NCBI GenBank assembly: GCA_973895155.1 | Contig: OZ316891.1 | Location: forward strand, 21,566,513-21,630,512 | Direction: 5' to 3' | Length of the DNA stretch: 64,000 bases | Origin: Marsupella aquatica | Lineage: Eukaryota; Plantae; Marchantiophyta | Part shown: in pieces, positions 12,353-24,591 of the stretch | Layout of the letters: each line of letters starts with the position of its first letter | Numbering within the stretch: the first letter of the stretch is position 1 | Notes under the pieces: model-generated | What the model saw: only the letters and a program-made list of their open reading frames with translations | Told to the model about the DNA's origin: nothing | Databases searched by the model: none | Program-made: the position numbers and the translations under genes

Positions 12353-13915
12353 TCAATAAACGTATCTAAACTCGACATTCTCCTTATCCGTCAAGTTTCC
12401 CCATGTATCCTCCAGTGAATTGATCTCCACGCCTTCGCTTCCCAACTTCTTCTGTCGTCGCTCCTTCTGCCGATTCGCCCAAAAATAATACAAAAACAGC
12501 ACCACCGTCACAGCTGCTGCGCCCGCCTGCGTAGCAAGGATAGTGATCTTCGCAGGACGGTACTCCGGGGCGTCTTTTGCTCGGAAGGTCTGCGGCCCGA
12601 TAATGTTTCCAACCGAAAAGGCCCCGACGATCAGCGTACTTGCAACAGCTCGTTTCGTATGCCCGGCCACATTCGACATCGTCCATTGATAGAGAATCAC
12701 CAGAACCGCCGTGACTGTGTTGACGAGATAAATGCCTGCCAGCTGCGCTGCCTTGTTCGAAGTCGGAGCGAACGTCAGCAGACAACCGGCGATGATCCCG
12801 CAGCTGCAGCATGCGATGAGCCAGAACCAGCGATGCCCGTTCTTGATGAATCGTGCGCCATAGCCAACGATGAGCGCGCTGAGGATGGAGACGACTCCAG
12901 AGGGCATGTTCAGGAGCGCGGCAATCTTCGGCTTGTATCCCAGGTTGCGGATGAGTGTGGAAGAGTAACTGCTGATGACGCCGGAGGAGGTGGAGATCAA
13001 GACGGTAATGATCGTCAGAAGCCAGATTTGCACATCCAACAGCAATTCCACAAGTTGCGAAGGCTTGAAGTGGCGGTTCTCGACCCCTGTCCGGTTCTCG
13101 CCGACATGGTTCAGCAAAGCTACTTTCTCCGTAAGGTTCATCCACTTCGCCCTCATCGGGGTGTCCGGCAGAATCCATCCCGTGAGCACTCCGATCGGCA
13201 CCGTCACAAGGCCCAGCACGAGGAACATAAGTCTCCAACCATTGAGGCTCGCCCCGGGATTGACGTGCTGGAATGCGAACGATATTAGACCGCCGATTAT
13301 CTGCGCGAAGCCGAGCCCGCAATACCAGAAGCTGAACCGGGGAGCTTGCTCGCTGCGGGTATAGTATTGCGACGAGATCAGCATCAGGCATGGCCCAATG
13401 ACTGCTTCGAAGATCCCCAGGAAGACGCGCGAGACGAGCAGGGTGGTGTAATTGGTTGCTGCGGCTGTGCAGGCTGTGGCGAAGCCCCAGGCGATGACGT
13501 TGCCGCAGAGCCATTTTGCCGCTGGCAGTTTTTGGACGATGTAGCCGTTCGGCACTTCGGCAATTAGATATGCGATGAAGAGGGCAGTGGATGCGTTGGA
13601 GTAATCATTGCCTCTAAGGTGCAGGTCCTTATTGAGGCCCATCACAGCTGCATAATTGAGGAGTACTTTGTCGAGGAACTGCATCGTGTAGCAGAGGAAC
13701 ATGACTGGCATGATTCGCCCGTCGATTTTCCTCCTGAGCGCTGCAAGGTTGACCACTCTTGAGATGTCGACGTAGCCAGCATTGGAAGCGGTTTGCATGT
13801 ACTTGAATGCTTCATCGAGGTCGCTGCTGTTATTGCCGGGGCTGATGTGGGATGCCCCAGCTGATATTCCTCCAGAGGACTCCAACGTCCACTGTCGAGG
13901 TGTCGTCGTCGCCAT
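12353..13915 (-). CDS. MFS transporter, anion:cation symporter (Dal5 allantoate permease/Thi73-like) family; intronless and fungal-like
   Basis: Intact 520-aa ORF with ~12 hydrophobic segments and family motifs LRRKIDGRIMP, QFLDKVLLNYAAVMG, RVFLGIFEA, YYTRSEQAPR, LPDTPMRAKW, NVAGHTKR, GNIIGPQTF and C-terminal LTDKENVEFRYVY. Confidence 0.93.
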   Translation of the reverse strand: MATTTPRQWTLESSGGISAGASHISPGNNSSDLDEAFKYMQTASNAGYVDISRVVNLAALRRKIDGRIMPVMFLCYTMQFLDKVLLNYAAVMGLNKDLHLRGNDYSNASTALFIAYLIAEVPNGYIVQKLPAAKWLCGNVIAWGFATACTAAATNYTTLLVSRVFLGIFEAVIGPCLMLISSQYYTRSEQAPRFSFWYCGLGFAQIIGGLISFAFQHVNPGASLNGWRLMFLVLGLVTVPIGVLTGWILPDTPMRAKWMNLTEKVALLNHVGENRTGVENRHFKPSQLVELLLDVQIWLLTIITVLISTSSGVISSYSSTLIRNLGYKPKIAALLNMPSGVVSILSALIVGYGARFIKNGHRWFWLIACCSCGIIAGCLLTFAPTSNKAAQLAGIYLVNTVTAVLVILYQWTMSNVAGHTKRAVASTLIVGAFSVGNIIGPQTFRAKDAPEYRPAKITILATQAGAAAVTVVLFLYYFWANRQKERRQKKLGSEGVEINSLEDTWGNLTDKENVEFRYVY

Positions 13916-15459
13916 TGGAAGCTTTTTTAATTTTCTTCAATGCTATGTCGAGGTCTCTGCTGCTCTTCCGGCTCGTGTTGATGTGGGATGATGCCACAGC
14001 TGCCTAGGTTGTGTGGACATTGATTAAACAATCTTCTCCTCGGAGGTACAGTACTATTTGGTTTTTGGTGGCGACGGATTTCGGAACAATTTAGAAGGGA
14101 CTGGCTTCAATTGTCACCCAATAGAATGGTTCCGGGTAATCATCTGTCTCTGCCAACAAGCCTTGATTTGAGAGCGCGATGATGAAATTCTTCACAAAAT
14201 TACTGGAAGCAAGCACAATGTTGACCTCCCTTCCATTGATTCTTTGGCTTGCTCAGAAGCACGTCATTCTCTGGAGACTAGAGCAGGGTAGCAAGGACCC
14301 CGGGCAAGGACAAGAGCTGTCTCTTAATCGTGCAGCCATCATGCACAATGGAGCGAATTACGACATTTTCTAAAGCCTGAACGAAGCACGGAAGAAAAAT
14401 GCACGACTTGCAACAAAAGTTGGCACATTGGAGGAATCAACAGTAAGAAGAGGCTAAAGCTGAAACGAACAGCCAGAAAGCAGGTTTTAGCTCGAACCTG
14501 TGATCGAAACCTGTCACTCCTTAAAGCTTCTTTCACAATTGCCAATGCCGCAGATCTCTCCTTTGTTTTTTGTCAGGTTTCTGTGCTTCTCTTGCAATAA
14601 TTGCAGGAATCCAAAAGCAGATTGTATCCGTCATCCTCTGAGCTCGGAGTTCTGTGCCGGACATGGAGGATATAGCAAAACCTCATTCGCTCACTCGCAA
14701 ATGACTCTACAGCTGAAGTGAGCCCTTTCTTCTTTAGTCACTATCCTCGATTACTCCCTGAAAAACATTCCAGCCAGAGCCCTCCGAATAAGAATTTCTT
14801 GACCTACTCGCACCTTATCCCGCAACGAACTCCTCTGCTCTCCTCTCTAATATACGGGAGCCATTCAACACAGAAACGATTCTTTGACTAGGCTTGACTG
14901 GAAAATCTTTGATGAGGAAAGCTTTCTTTGACTTGACTTGAATTGACTCAATTCGAACTCAAAAGCAGGTCGTCGAGATGAGCTTGAGTTCACCTGCGCC
15001 AATTCTCCGACATTTGGCCGAAAATTGTCCGACATCATGTCCAGCTGCATGTGTTCTTTACTAGTATTATTGTTTTGTGGAATCATTTGAGCGAACTGCT
15101 CTTTCTTTCCAGTGCTGGCCCCACTACACTGCTTTCGGCGCTTTGACTCTCGTCGAGCGCGGGCTTTGTCTCACAAGCTAGCCCATAGTGATATTTTCAA
15201 GCCCTCTTAGAGCATATCCAGAGCTACTCGGTTGGTCTATTGTAAGAAATTTGTGAATGACTAGAATTGGTTGAAGGCCCTTGTCAACAGAGAGAGTGAT
15301 AAACCTTCTGAGCAGCTCAATAATAATGCCCAAACTAGCCCGGATAGTATTCTGATTCTCTTGCCCGTCTCATTTCCATGAAAACAATTTATCACACCAA
15401 ACTAGCCCAGGTACTATTCCAATTCTCTTGCCTCTCTCATTTTCATGAAAACTACACAT

Positions 15460-15856
15460 CAAGTGTGATGAAACATAGGATCACTTTATTGGTTTTAGAT
15501 GAAGATTTAAAAAAGTTTGTAAACTAATTTTAGGATATTTTAATCTAATTTTGAGATATATAAGAAAGGATAGAGTTTTTTAAACCAATTCCAAGAACAT
15601 TTCAGATTAGTAGGGGTAAAAAAATTCCAACAAACCAAACTCTTTTTCTAAGTTTTAGGGTGTGCCAACTCTAAAGCTGTAGTAGTAAAGGGGGCTCCAT
15701 ATAGGGTCCTAGTAACTGCATTTCACATATGAGATGTACCACATCACTCCATACCACGATAAATATTCTTATTTTCTTTAAATTAATGAGTGCACATCGT
15801 ATATTACCACATTTCATGTATGATTATCGGCAAGCTCCATATAGTGAGACCCCAAG
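15460..15856 (-). mobile_element. Diverged relative of MITE family A
   Basis: Ends CATATAGTGAGACCCCAAG (15838-15856), matching the family terminus. 15470-15620 aligns loosely with 50480-50650. Confidence 0.5.
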
Positions 15857-16002
15857 CTAATTATGTCCATACATTTTATTGATTTCATGTTCACCATTAG
15901 TTTGCTGGAGCTAATTAGTGAATCAGTTTAGTGAGAGGAATTGACTATCTACCTCTAAGGACAAAATTATATGGAACTAGCTCAATACCCGGGCGTTGCA
16001 CA

Positions 16003-16400
16003 AAAGATGTTGCCTCGGCCAAGAAGTCGTTGAGAGAAAAGACATCGTGTCCGGGATCATGTCGGCCAAGACGTAGTTGAGAAAAAAGATGTCGTGTCGG
16101 CCAAGTTGTCGTTGAGAAAACAATTGTCGTGTCGGCCAAGACATCTTTGAGAGAAAAAATTTTGTGTCGTCCAAGATGTCGTTAAGAAAGAAGATGTCGT
16201 GTTGGCCAAAACATTGTTGAGAAAAAAGATGTCGTGTCGGCCAAGTCGTCGTTGAGAAAAAGTTGTCGTGTCGGCCAAGACATCGTTGGGAGAAACGATG
16301 TCGTGTCGTCCAAGACGTCGTTAAGAGAGAAGATGTCGTGTTGGCCAAAACATCGTTGACAAAAAAAATGTTGTGCCGGCCTAGATGTCATTGAGAAAAA
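16003..16400. repeat. Helitron subterminal minisatellite, ~37-40-bp unit, about 10 copies
   Basis: Repeated GTCGTTGAGAAAAAAGATGTCGTGTCGGCCAAGAC immediately inside the Helitron 3' end. Confidence 0.92.
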
Positions 16401-16619
16401 ATTTAACAATGTTGTATAGCACAAAATGGTCAATAAGTAAAATATCTTGTTAGTGAAAGATGTTATGAAGTAAAATATCTTGTTAAGTACAAAAGTGAAA
16501 GTATAACATTGTCACTTGATAAATCATTTTGAAGAGAATACATAGGATGAGATCTTTGTTAATTTAGTAAAGAACTTCATCATATACAATATTTTTGGTC
16601 AACTTTGCTTCTCCATCTT

Positions 16620-17985
16620 CACCTGCATCTTCAGTGTCTAGAAGTAACACTTTTATCCTTGTAGTACATGTTGCTCTTGAAAAGGCAACCTACAATTGAC
16701 CATGACTGAAAACCAACTTAGAAAGTTACAATCCTACATGTTCTTAAGTGTCTTATTAATAGTCATGGCATATGCCACGTACTCAAACCGGGAATTGGAC
16801 TCTTCGCAACATGAAAGGAAGTCTCTCATCTAATGTCAATGGAATATGTGGTATGAACGTTATGCTCTTTGCATGTTTGCTTGCAAGAACCCATAGCCCC
16901 TCTATGACACAACTATTGATTGTACGTACTATGAGTCGTGTCTAGTTAAATAATCATGTAGTGAAGTCAACATTACGTAAAAGAATAACAGCGCATCCAA
17001 CTCTAAGTACCAGCTTGTGTGGAGACAAACCTATGGGTGTGAGCATATTCAAGAACTCAGTAGGGTAAAAATCAAGTCTTTCCAATTGATGTGGGCAATC
17101 CATACTTAAGAAGGTGTGCGCATCTCTTGCGAGCCCTTCAAATATTTGAACTATTGATCTCTGGTGCCTCCTCATTCGTTGGCGCCAATATTGTTCTCTT
17201 GCTTAGGACCTTGTCATCAATAGTTTCCAACGATGGATAAATTGCACATTGAATCAAGGAGTCAGACAATTTATCAACAATGTTCTCCACCATGGATGGT
17301 GAGACCATAATCATGTTATTTAACGCTCCTTGCTTTGGCAAATTATCACCCCCAAGTTGAAGCCAGGAGCCATTCTTGAAAAGTCTGGTTCCCAAACTCA
17401 ATTGACGTGGATGTAACATGCGCACACATATTCTTTGTCAGCTTGAGCGTTTTCACATAGTGCCAAATATGAGATTTCTTCATTCAAGCATCCTCCCACA
17501 ATCTGTGCATGGCTTGTTCTTGCCTTCACCGGCAACACTTGTTGAAAGTCCCCTACAAATGCAACCACCAATCCCCAAACTTTTGGTTGTTTTCTCTTAT
17601 GTCCCAAAGTGTCCTGTCAAGCACCTCCATAGCATGTCGAGAACCATAGGTGCTTCATCCCACATAATGAAAGTTGTCTTTCGCAATAATTCAGCAAGCT
17701 CCGTTACTTTGCTTTTTCACGTTGCATAGTGATTGAGCATCGGATTTAGAGGAAGCTTAAATCTTAATGTGTTGTGCAACCTCCATCCAACAACAAACTT
17801 GCAATTCCAGAAGAGGCCACAGCCAATGCTACGTCCCCATCAGCTCGCATCCTATGTAGAAGGACATTCTCCACAAAGGTCTTCCCCGTCCCTCCTGGCC
17901 CCTCTATGAAGAATGTGGAAGCCTCATGACCCCAAACCACCTCCAACATTGCAGTGTAAGCAGTACATTGGCCAACATTCAATAG
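16620..17985 (-). pseudogene. Helitron PIF1-like helicase (frameshifted)
   Basis: FFIEGPGGTGKTF (Walker A), VASSGIASLLLDGG, WDEAPM, GDFQQVLPV, RTILAPTN, YPTEFLN..PHKLVLRVGCAVILLRN, AMTINK, FSHGQL. Confidence 0.93.
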
Positions 17986-18166
17986 AGCGGACGCCTCAGA
18001 AAGCGTCCCATCGGTCCCGCTTCGCGAAATCAGTCCACAATGCTGGACGCTTCAGAAAGCGTCTCAAAATTTTCCAAACATAATCTTTTAATCTACTATT
18101 CTAAGCCCTTCCATACTAGTATTTCTTACAGATATGAAATATACCTATCCCAGCCCTCCACTCAAA

Positions 18167-21100
18167 CTACGACATGTCCTCATGCGCGGAATAGAAGTGA
18201 TAGGGCTTTAATCTAAAGCCATTAATTCTAGTGTCTAAGGGGGATCCATCTAAAGTGGTTAAGGATACAGAACCATTAGGCCATATGTTCTCAATTCGAT
18301 AAGGGCCGATCCAATGGGTATGTAATTTACCCGGGAAAAGCATGTAGCGGGAATCAAAAACTAACACTAAATCATTATTAGCTAGCTTAACCTGTTTAAG
18401 CTTTTTATCATAAGAGTGTTTCCGGTTTGCTTGGACTACAGCAGTATGTTCTAAGGCTAAAAGTCTATTTTCTTCTAATTTCATAATATCAACAAACCGA
18501 CTCTCGATACTTGCTTCAGGGGTGAATCTCTCAGGAATAAGTAAGCGCTCAGTAGGAATGGAAAACTCAATAGGGATAATACTATCAACCCCATAAGTTA
18601 AATAAAATGGGGTTCTAAGGGTGGTAATCTTTTCAGCAGTACGGTAAGCCCAAAGCGCAGAGTGCAATTTTACATCCCAGTCAGTCTTGTGAGATTCCAC
18701 CATCTTATTCAGAATCTTGCCCATAATGCCATTAGCTCTCTCCGTTAAGCCATTAGCTCGGGGGTTGTAAGGAGTAGTTTTGCGATGCTTGATAAGATAT
18801 ATGTCAGTAATTAACTCAATAGTTGAGTTAAGAAAATGTAGACCCCTATCGCTGACCAACTCCAAAGGACACCCGAACCGAGTAATAATATGCTCAAAGA
18901 GAAAAGCAGCCGCTGTTGTAGCATCATTCTTGCGAGTGGCTTTAGCCTCCACCTATTTGGTGGCATAATCAGTGGCCAGAATAATGTATTTGCTACGACT
19001 TTTCCTAGCGGCTGGTGAAATTGGGCCTACAAAATCAATACCCCATTTCTCAAAGGGGGCCAAAGGAAGGATGGGAGTGAGTGGCCATTTAGAAGATGCA
19101 GTGGGTTTGCCTACTCGTTGGCATGGATCACAGGTTTTAATAAAATTGTAGGTGTCCTTGTGCATTGTGGGCCACCAATATCCGGCATCTTGAATTTTCT
19201 TAACAGTGGTGGTAACTGCATAGTGTCCACCTGTCTCACCAGAATGTAAGGCTGCAATTACCTGTGGAATTTCTCTCATCTCAAGGCAACGCCGTAACCT
19301 TTGATCAGGGCCTTGCTTAAATAAGGTGCCTTTGATAATTGTATAAGGACCTACCTTATGTGCAAAAACAGCCCTCTCCTCAGCATTAAGTCCTTCTGGA
19401 AAGACCCCACACAGCAACATCTTCACAATATCAAAATATTTCGAGGACTCGCCTTCAATGTGCCAAAGGTGCTCATCCGGAAAGTCGTCAGACAGGTTGT
19501 GGTCATTCTCTGTACCTGGAAGTCTAGACAAGAAGTCGGCATTCTCATGGTGTTTCCCTGGACGGACTTGCACCTCGTAATCAAATTCCTGAAGCAGGAG
19601 GACCCATCTAGCCACCCTCCCCGACAGGTCAACTTGATTAACCAGGTATTTCAAAGAATGATGGTCCGTGTGAAAGATGATCTGATATCCAAGAAGATAA
19701 TGACGAAACTTTTTGCAGGCAAAAACAATGGCTAAGGCTTCTCTTTCGGTAACTGTATAGTTTTTCTCAGCAGCACTCATCTGCCTACTGGCATAATAAA
19801 TGGGATGATCCCTAATGTCATCATCCTTTTGACTCAAGTTAGCTCCGATGCAGAAAGCAGATGAGTCAATGAAAACATGAAACTTCCTACTCCAATCTGG
19901 TGGGGAGAGAATGGGCGCAGTCACAAGGCGGTCCTTTAGTGTTTGAAAAGCTTGCTGTCTTTCTTCATTCCAAACATAAGGTTCATTTTGTTTGAGCAAT
20001 TTGGTCAGAGGCATAGCAATATCGGCATGTTTATGAATGAATCTGCGATAATACCCGACATGCCCTAAGAAGGCACGGAGTTGCTTCAAATCCGTCGGAG
20101 GTTGAAGTTCCATGATCACCCGGACCTTTTCTTTGTCCACCTCTATGCCACGCTGAGAAATGACATGGCCGAGCAAGATACCTTCCTGCATTCCGATGAA
20201 GCACTTCTCGGGGTGTAAGCACAATTGAGCTTCCCGACACTTCTGGAAAGTCTTATCGAGGTGCATTAAATGGTCAGCCGCCGATCCATACACACAGAAA
20301 TCATCGATGAAGATCTCCATGAAGTGCCGAAGGTACTCCTGAAAAATAATCATCATGATACGCTGAAAAGTGCCTAGGGCATTACACAACCCAAATGGCA
20401 TCATTGCATACGCATATGTACCCCAATCTGTTGTGAACGTGGTCTTGTCCCGATCCTCCTTTCGAATGGAAACCTGGTTGTACCCAGAGTATCCGTCCAG
20501 AAAAGTATACAACTCATGCAATGCGACCTGATCAAGCACTAGATCTATGAAGGGTAAGGGATAATGGTCCTTCCTGGTGGCTGCATTCAATTTCCGATAG
20601 TCCTGACACACGCGGATTTTTGTCTTTCCATCAGGTCCCGCCTTCTTGGGTACAATGACAATGGGGGATACCCATTCACTACTCAAGACGGGGTAGATGA
20701 AACCAGCAGCAGTCAACTTATCCAGCTCCTCCTTCACAAGGACAGAGTACTTGGGGTTCAAACGGTACTGCCTTTGACGGACTGGCACTGCCCCTTCCAT
20801 CAAGTCTATCCGATGCTCTCCCAGATGAGGGTGGATGCCCTTCAAATCTGAATGACTCCATGCAAAAACATCCTTGTACTGGGTCAACAACTTAATTTAC
20901 AAGTCCCGCAACTCACCCTGGATATGCTTTCCTATATTAAGGAACTTGCCAGGTTCAATCTCAACTTTTTGACAAGCCTTAGGGTCCACTATACCATCCG
21001 TTAGGCCTGCTGGCCTAAGCTCCAAATCACCAACATCAGACTCACTGATTTCCGGAGAGGGAGGGTGTTTTCCATTACCGGAGGATACGCCATGCATTTG

Positions 21101-23698
21101 CTGATCTGAGAATTGTTTCCCTGTATCATGGCCGACTCCTTGTAAGTTTGCTTTCTCCCCTTCCGGTGGAAATTGTCAAAAAGGGTCCTCAGAAGCTAAT
21201 CCAGTCTCCACAACTGGATCAGATAGGTAAACCTCCAAATAGCGTACCTCCTCCAACTCAAACTCCAATGGCTCCAGAATCAGGTTGGAATCCGAAAAGT
21301 CTGACGTATACCCGTCGTCAGTTTGCGTCTCGCCCTTATGATCCTCAGTAGCCCAACTCACCACCACCTTGGGTTTACCAAAAGACATCTCTTGAGCTTT
21401 CCAATTTACCTGCACTTGGGCTTTATACAACCAGGGGCGGCCTAACAAGACTGGAAAGCTGGAAGGTACCTCTGGACTTATTATCACATATTCCAAAGTA
21501 AATGGAACACCAGCAATCAGAGTATCTACCTTACTTAATTTTCCCGCGGGAACAACTCGAGATTGGTCCGCCATCCGCAGGATCTTGGGTGTTGGTTCAA
21601 ACTTAGTAAATCCAAGATTAAATGCAGTTTGCTGAGTCATGAGGTTGACGCTGGAACCACCATCCACTGGTACTCTCCTCACAACACATCCTTGAATTTG
21701 TACGTCCAGCTCTGGTGGTCCCTTATCCTCCCATTCCAAACGTAATACATCCACCTCTGGCAACTTACGCCGCCTTCGCTTTCCTGCCAACAATCCTCTC
21801 AATTGGCGTCTATAAACCGGGTTGTCTTGCAACAACTCACCAATGGTGATATGAGCAAGATGGCCCTTCACGTCTTCTACAATATCATATCCCTATTGCT
21901 TTAACACAGGTCGTTCGGGCTCCTTCACCACTGGCTTCTGAATTGAATGCGAGGTGTGATCTTTAACTAGTTCCTCTAATTGAGCTTTTACTTCTGAAGA
22001 AATGTCAGGTAAAAAATATTTGGGATCATAGCGATCATAAGCTGGGTCCTGATCCTTGGGTAGGCCTTCCTCAAATGGAGCTCGTTCCTTCGGCTTAGGT
22101 CCCTTCTTTTGGTGCTTCGCTACTGCTCGTTTCTCCTCTTTCCGCTTGGAACGAGTAGTTGCATAGGTATCCGTTAGAACTTTGTCCCGATCCTGAACTC
22201 GAGCATTAGGCATGCCCACCACCCCTGGCTTCACCAAGTGATCCACTAACACATCAGGAACAATTCCGGCCAGTGGTTGAGCAAACGTGGAGTGGCCTAT
22301 CACTTCCACTCTGTTCACATCCCCATGGTGGATCATTCCACAATGCTCAACCTCTTCAGAGTACACCATCCTCACTTTAGCCTCTGGTCTGATTGTCTCC
22401 TTGACAGGCTCTTGAGCAAAGCGAACCATCATTTTTGTTTTAGGCGGATTTGGACATTCCACAGGCAAGTGCCCTTCCTTGCCACAATTTCCACATATAG
22501 GGGTGTATCCCTCTTCTCTCTTCGGATATGGACATTGCGGTGAGTAGTGGTCCGGCTGACCGCAATTCCAACAGGATCCTTTTTGCCGTGGAGCTCCTCT
22601 AGGGGGGTATCCTCCTGGAGGTCCCATAGGCGGCCTGGGAACAGGTCTGTTGAAGGCAGGTTTTGGCGGTACCCAATTATTCATTGGTGGAGGGGCAGGT
22701 GGGAAATACTGACCTCCTGGTGTTGCCTGAACTGCATATGCCGGCTCGTATTCGTAATCTTCTACCTCCTCCGGTCCTTCCAAGTAATTTACTGCCATAC
22801 GCCAATTTGGGCACTCCGTCGGATAGTGCCCTTGCTGATTACAATGGGTACACCACACGTTTGTCCTCATGGTTGGTGGTAATCTTCGCACAGGTTTCAC
22901 CGCAGCAATATGTACATTCAGCTTAGATAGTTTCCCGGTTATTTCCTCCATCATGCGATCCATTTTTTTCTGAGTAGAAGTCTTAGGCTCTACCTTCGAG
23001 GTTGACTTCTTCTTTTTGGAGGCGGACTGTTCCGAATCTGAACTAGAACTAGAGCTAGCGCTTGCACTAGTGCTTGAATCCGTACTCTCATCGTCTTCAC
23101 TACTGCTGCTGTCACTATCGTCCTTCTCCGAATCAGATTTAGACTTTGATTTTTTCTTCTTTTTCCTCTTATCTTTCTTCAAGTCTTTCCTCACTCGCTT
23201 TTTCTCAGAAATTTCAGAATCCACATACTTCTGTGCTGATTCCTGAACTTCCTCCAAAGTAGTACCACCTTCACGCCTGACATATCGAGCAATTCGTGAC
23301 GGCAATCCGTTGATAAACCAATCCTTCACAGTAGACTTAGATGTGGCTGGATTATATTGGTCCACCAAATCCAACAGTTTATCCGCATATTTCCTCACAG
23401 ACCCATGTTTCTTCATGTGTAAATGAGAGATCCTAGCAAAAGCTCGAGCGGCAGACCCCTCCTCTTTGTACTTAGCCAAGAAGGCAGCCTTCAACTTACC
23501 CCAGTCATGTTTATCTGGAAAGCGATCATACCACTTTTGAGCTCTCTTCTTCATCAGTCCACCAAATAAATTAGCCTTTTTCCGCATCTTGGCTTTGTCC
23601 ATTTGAAGCTGCAGCAGCTTCAAATTCCTTCAAATAGGCTTCTGCATCCTCTTTAGATGATCCAAAGAATCTATCATATCTCACATTGTTACGAGCCA
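18167..23698 (-). pseudogene. Gag-Pol polyprotein (Gag with 3 CCHC knuckles, aspartic protease, RT, RNase H, integrase), disrupted
   Basis: MARNNVRYDRFFGS gag start; three CX2CX4HX4C knuckles; VDGGSSVN protease; LDGYSGYNQ and FIDDF RT; FIDSSAFCIG RNase H; HHCC plus WGIDF..SDRGLHF..NGLTERANG integrase. One frameshift at ~23580 and in-frame stops at 21893, 21176, 20897 and 18953 (YATK*VEA, where W is expected). Confidence 0.95.
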
Positions 23699-24237
23699 TT
23701 ATAGTAGGACTTAGATTAGGGATGGGTAAGGCAGATCGGATGGCAAACGGATTAGTCCAAGTTTGAGGACTTAATACAATAGAACTACTAGATTCTGAAC
23801 TACTGCCGGAGCTCTTCTCGCCTGAAGACGACCCTTCTGATGAATTAAATGCTGTGAAGCCTTCAAGTTCTTCTAGAGTTGGATTCTGTTGTAAAATCCC
23901 TTTGACATCTGATGGTTTCCGTGAATGCTGTGGTGGACCAATCAACTTGGGTCCGGATCGCAAATTCACATATAAGGGTCTACTGGGTGCAGGATTTTCC
24001 AGAGTCCCTTGGGTTACCCTAGTCTGAATGGAGGTTACCTTCCTTGTCACACTTCCCGGTAAAGGGAATTCTGATGCTTGAAAATCAGACAGGAGGTCTC
24101 GATTCCACAGCCTTGCTCGAGGATTCTGATTTATAAGAAGCTTTCCTCCATTTCTTTTTGATTTGGCGAGCTTCCTCCGACATACCTCATTCTTAGCAAT
24201 AGTAAAACTTCTCTCCCTAGTTAATTGTCTTGCTACA

Positions 24238-24591
24238 TTACTGAATCCAGGTCGTACTCAGAAGTATTGAAGGAAGATGTGATTCATGAGGCCCCATTAT
24301 GAAGAAATCCAGGTGGTACAGGCGATCACCAATTTGAATAGGTACTACCCTCATCTCCCCCACAGGTTTAATCAATTGGCCATTGATCCAGAACTGTGTG
24401 TAAGTTGGTAAAATTGGTGCGAGAGCCAGATTCTGAGCCAAACGAATAGAAAGCAAATTAATTCGAGAGCCCCTGTCTATTGAAACTTCCTTAATCAGGT
24501 ATCCCGCCAATCTCACCTGAGATTCAAAAGAACTTTGGATGGCTCTTGTGAACACATTGGAGGGATGCATGGTAGCTTTGATTACAAGCAT
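24238..24591 (-). other. Extra retropepsin-like domain upstream of gag
   Basis: LAGYLIKEVSIDRGSRINLL..KPVGEMRVVPIQIG..LDFFIM..SILLSTTWIQ aligns end to end with the element's own protease IQGCVVRRVPVDGGSSVNLM..VPAGKLSKVDTLIAG..LEYVII..PVLLGRPWLY. Confidence 0.7.

Noticed and set aside
12384-13514. 376-aa alternative-frame ORF and antisense ORFs over the transporter
   Set aside because: Expected shadow ORFs of a high-GC3 coding sequence; Arg/Ala/Pro-rich with no motifs.
15945-16433. Several short overlapping ORFs
   Set aside because: They are translations of the Helitron minisatellite.
21893-21895. Programmed stop-codon readthrough at the gag/protease junction (CAA TAG GGA)
   Set aside because: Three other in-frame stops, including an obvious TGG-to-TAG in integrase, show the copy is mutationally decayed. 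A family consensus is needed before invoking readthrough.
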